Origin: Selenomonas sp.
Lineage (GTDB): Bacteria; Bacillota; Negativicutes; Selenomonadales; Selenomonadaceae
Direction: 5' to 3' (one strand)
Length of the DNA stretch: 64,000 bases
NCBI RefSeq assembly: GCF_022773585.1
Contig: NZ_JALEZZ010000021.1
Part shown: positions 63,977 to 64,000 of the stretch, piece after piece
How the letters are laid out: every line of letters begins with the position of its first letter
How positions within the stretch are numbered: the first letter of the stretch is position 1
Translations under genes and position numbers: made by a program
Notes under the pieces: generated by a model
What the model was told of the DNA's origin: nothing
The model's database searches: none
The model's input: only the letters and a program-made list of their open reading frames with translations

Positions 63977-64000
63977 AACTGACGTAAATTAAGCTAGGGA

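Overview
This is a GC-rich bacterial chromosomal segment. About 75% of the genes are on the minus strand, and codons are GC3-biased, which produces many long spurious antisense ORFs. It combines Firmicute-style regulation and anaerobe metabolism (Trp T-box leader on trpS, BirA operator on a bioY-bioD-bioA operon, CsoR-CopA, fhs/folD/MTHFR, NfnAB-like oxidoreductase, flavin-reductase-rubredoxin) with outer-membrane machinery (TonB-dependent receptor, ExbB/ExbD/TonB, a small beta-barrel OMP). From this I infer a diderm Firmicute (Negativicutes, Selenomonas-like); that is inference only. Most of the window is housekeeping: C1/folate enzymes, biotin, Tat, UbiD/UbiA, metal homeostasis (CopA, a Cd/Zn-type P1B ATPase, ZIP), cfa, trpS and two tandem tRNA-Thr genes. 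It also carries a metal-chelate uptake locus. The accessory or unusual content has five parts. (1) A tight ADP-ribosylglycohydrolase - YaiI/DUF188 - minimal zinc-less Sir2 operon (12.5-14.6 kb) is my best candidate for an undescribed NAD/ADP-ribose module. (2) A sigma-70 paralog (apparently split) plus a 1061-aa RecQ-like helicase with unassigned N- and C-terminal regions is bracketed exactly by a decayed IS1182-family element and a ~90-bp MITE derived from its ends (25.8-32.3 kb). (3) An AAA-ATPase/PD-(D/E)XK gene sits next to an MNT-HEPN pair. (4) A dispersed family of GC-rich double-hairpin REP-like repeats lies at gene boundaries, once forming a ~400-bp nested palindrome and once forming the C-terminal tail of an ABC ATPase. 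(5) Several gene remnants are present. No CRISPR array, rRNA or prophage was seen. Non-coding coordinates were read by eye and may be off by a few nt.
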